From the NCBI RefSeq assembly GCF_009914755.1, contig NC_060937.1: 64,000 nucleotides of DNA, one strand, 5' to 3'. The position numbers and the translations under genes were made by a program. Shown piece by piece: positions 63,541-64,000 of this stretch. Position 1 is the first letter of the stretch; each line of letters opens with the position of its first letter. The notes below the pieces were generated by a model. The model was not told the origin of the DNA. It saw only the letters and a program-made list of their open reading frames with translations, and searched no databases. This DNA is from the human T2T-CHM13v2.0 reference genome, Homo sapiens.

Positions 63541-64000
63541 TCAAAATACACTATATATTTTATACTGTACATAAAATATCAAAGTACCCAAGGTATATAT
63601 TCTATACTGTACAAAAAATAACAAATTACCAAAAGCATGTATAATATACTGTACATAAAATATGAAAGTACATCAAATATATATTTTATTCTGTACATAA
63701 AATATCAAAGTACACCAGATATATATTCTATAGTGTACATAAAATATCAAAGTACCCAAACTATACATTATATACTGTAAATAAAATATGAAATTACATC
63801 AAATATATTTTATATTAGGTACATAAAATATGAAAGTACATCAAATATATATTTTATTCTGTACATAAAATATCAAAGTACACCAGATATGTATTCTATA
63901 GTGTACATAAAATATAAAAGTACCCAAACTATACATTATATACTGTACATAAAATATGAAATTATATCAAATATATATTATATTAGGTACATAATATATG

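Larger units (their letters stand above)
1..64000 (+). repeat. Human satellite 1A (HSat1A / SAR / classical satellite I) array: 42-bp monomer in a 378-bp 9-mer higher-order repeat
   Basis: The monomer GTACATAAAATATCAAA|GTACCCAAACTATACATTATATACT (17+25 bp, split at GTAC) recurs every 42 bp across the window. Nine distinguishable monomer types recur in fixed order, seen in the ORF track as the 14-aa units KYESTSNIYFILYI (M1), KYQSTPDIYSIVYI (M2), KYQSTQTIHYILYI (M3), KYEITSNIYYIRYI (M4), KYESTSNIDYILYI (M5), KYQSTPNIYYILYM (M6), KYQSSQTIYYILYI (M7), KYQSTQGIYSILYK (M8), KYQSTQSMYYILYI (M9); 9 x 42 = 378. The 42-bp 17/25 RsaI structure and 378-bp period are the established description of HSat1A. 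Species and chromosome are inferred from the family only. Confidence 0.95.

Noticed and set aside
1-64000. CRISPR-like appearance (conserved TGTACATAAAATAT core with variable intervening sequence)
   Set aside because: The 'spacers' are homologous to each other and cycle every nine units. There are no unique spacers, no leader and no cas genes.
1-64000. TATA-box-like, -10-like and short palindromic motifs (TATATA, TATAAT, TGTACA, GTAC)
   Set aside because: They are intrinsic to the AT-rich monomer and occur hundreds to thousands of times. Nothing in the sequence supports promoter, terminator or operator function.
1-64000. Assignment to a specific chromosome, or to alpha satellite/CENP-B-box centromeric DNA
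   Set aside because: There is no 171-bp monomer or CENP-B box. HSat1A occurs on several chromosomes and no unique flank is present, so placement requires mapping to a T2T assembly.

Overview
The whole 64 kb window is one uninterrupted, single-orientation, very AT-rich tandem satellite array. It matches human/hominoid classical satellite I, HSat1A (RepeatMasker SAR): a 42-bp monomer made of 17-bp and 25-bp RsaI (GTAC) sub-units, arranged in a 9-monomer, 378-bp higher-order repeat (HOR). I see no genes, RNA genes, transposon insertions, CRISPR arrays or inversions. The ORFs in the track arise because 42 is divisible by 3 and one + strand frame of the consensus has no stop codon. The interest lies in the nested architecture, read from diagnostic variants: (i) a near-identical 17,730-bp tandem duplication (about 1,879-19,608 and 19,609-37,338) with a 46-bp in-register junction; (ii) inside it, about 3 copies of a 2,426-bp unit and about 3 copies of a 924-bp unit; (iii) 13-mer (546-bp) HOR variants that locally become the main period; (iv) an embedded ~7-kb divergent block (about 39.0-46.0 kb) with 8-mer HORs and a ~1.8/2.2-kb period; (v) a mosaic distal region with paralogous segments at 2,016, 5,040 and 11,716 bp offsets; (vi) a candidate <85-bp gene-conversion tract. 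I found no evidence of a new coding system. All counts were made by eye and need confirmation by alignment.
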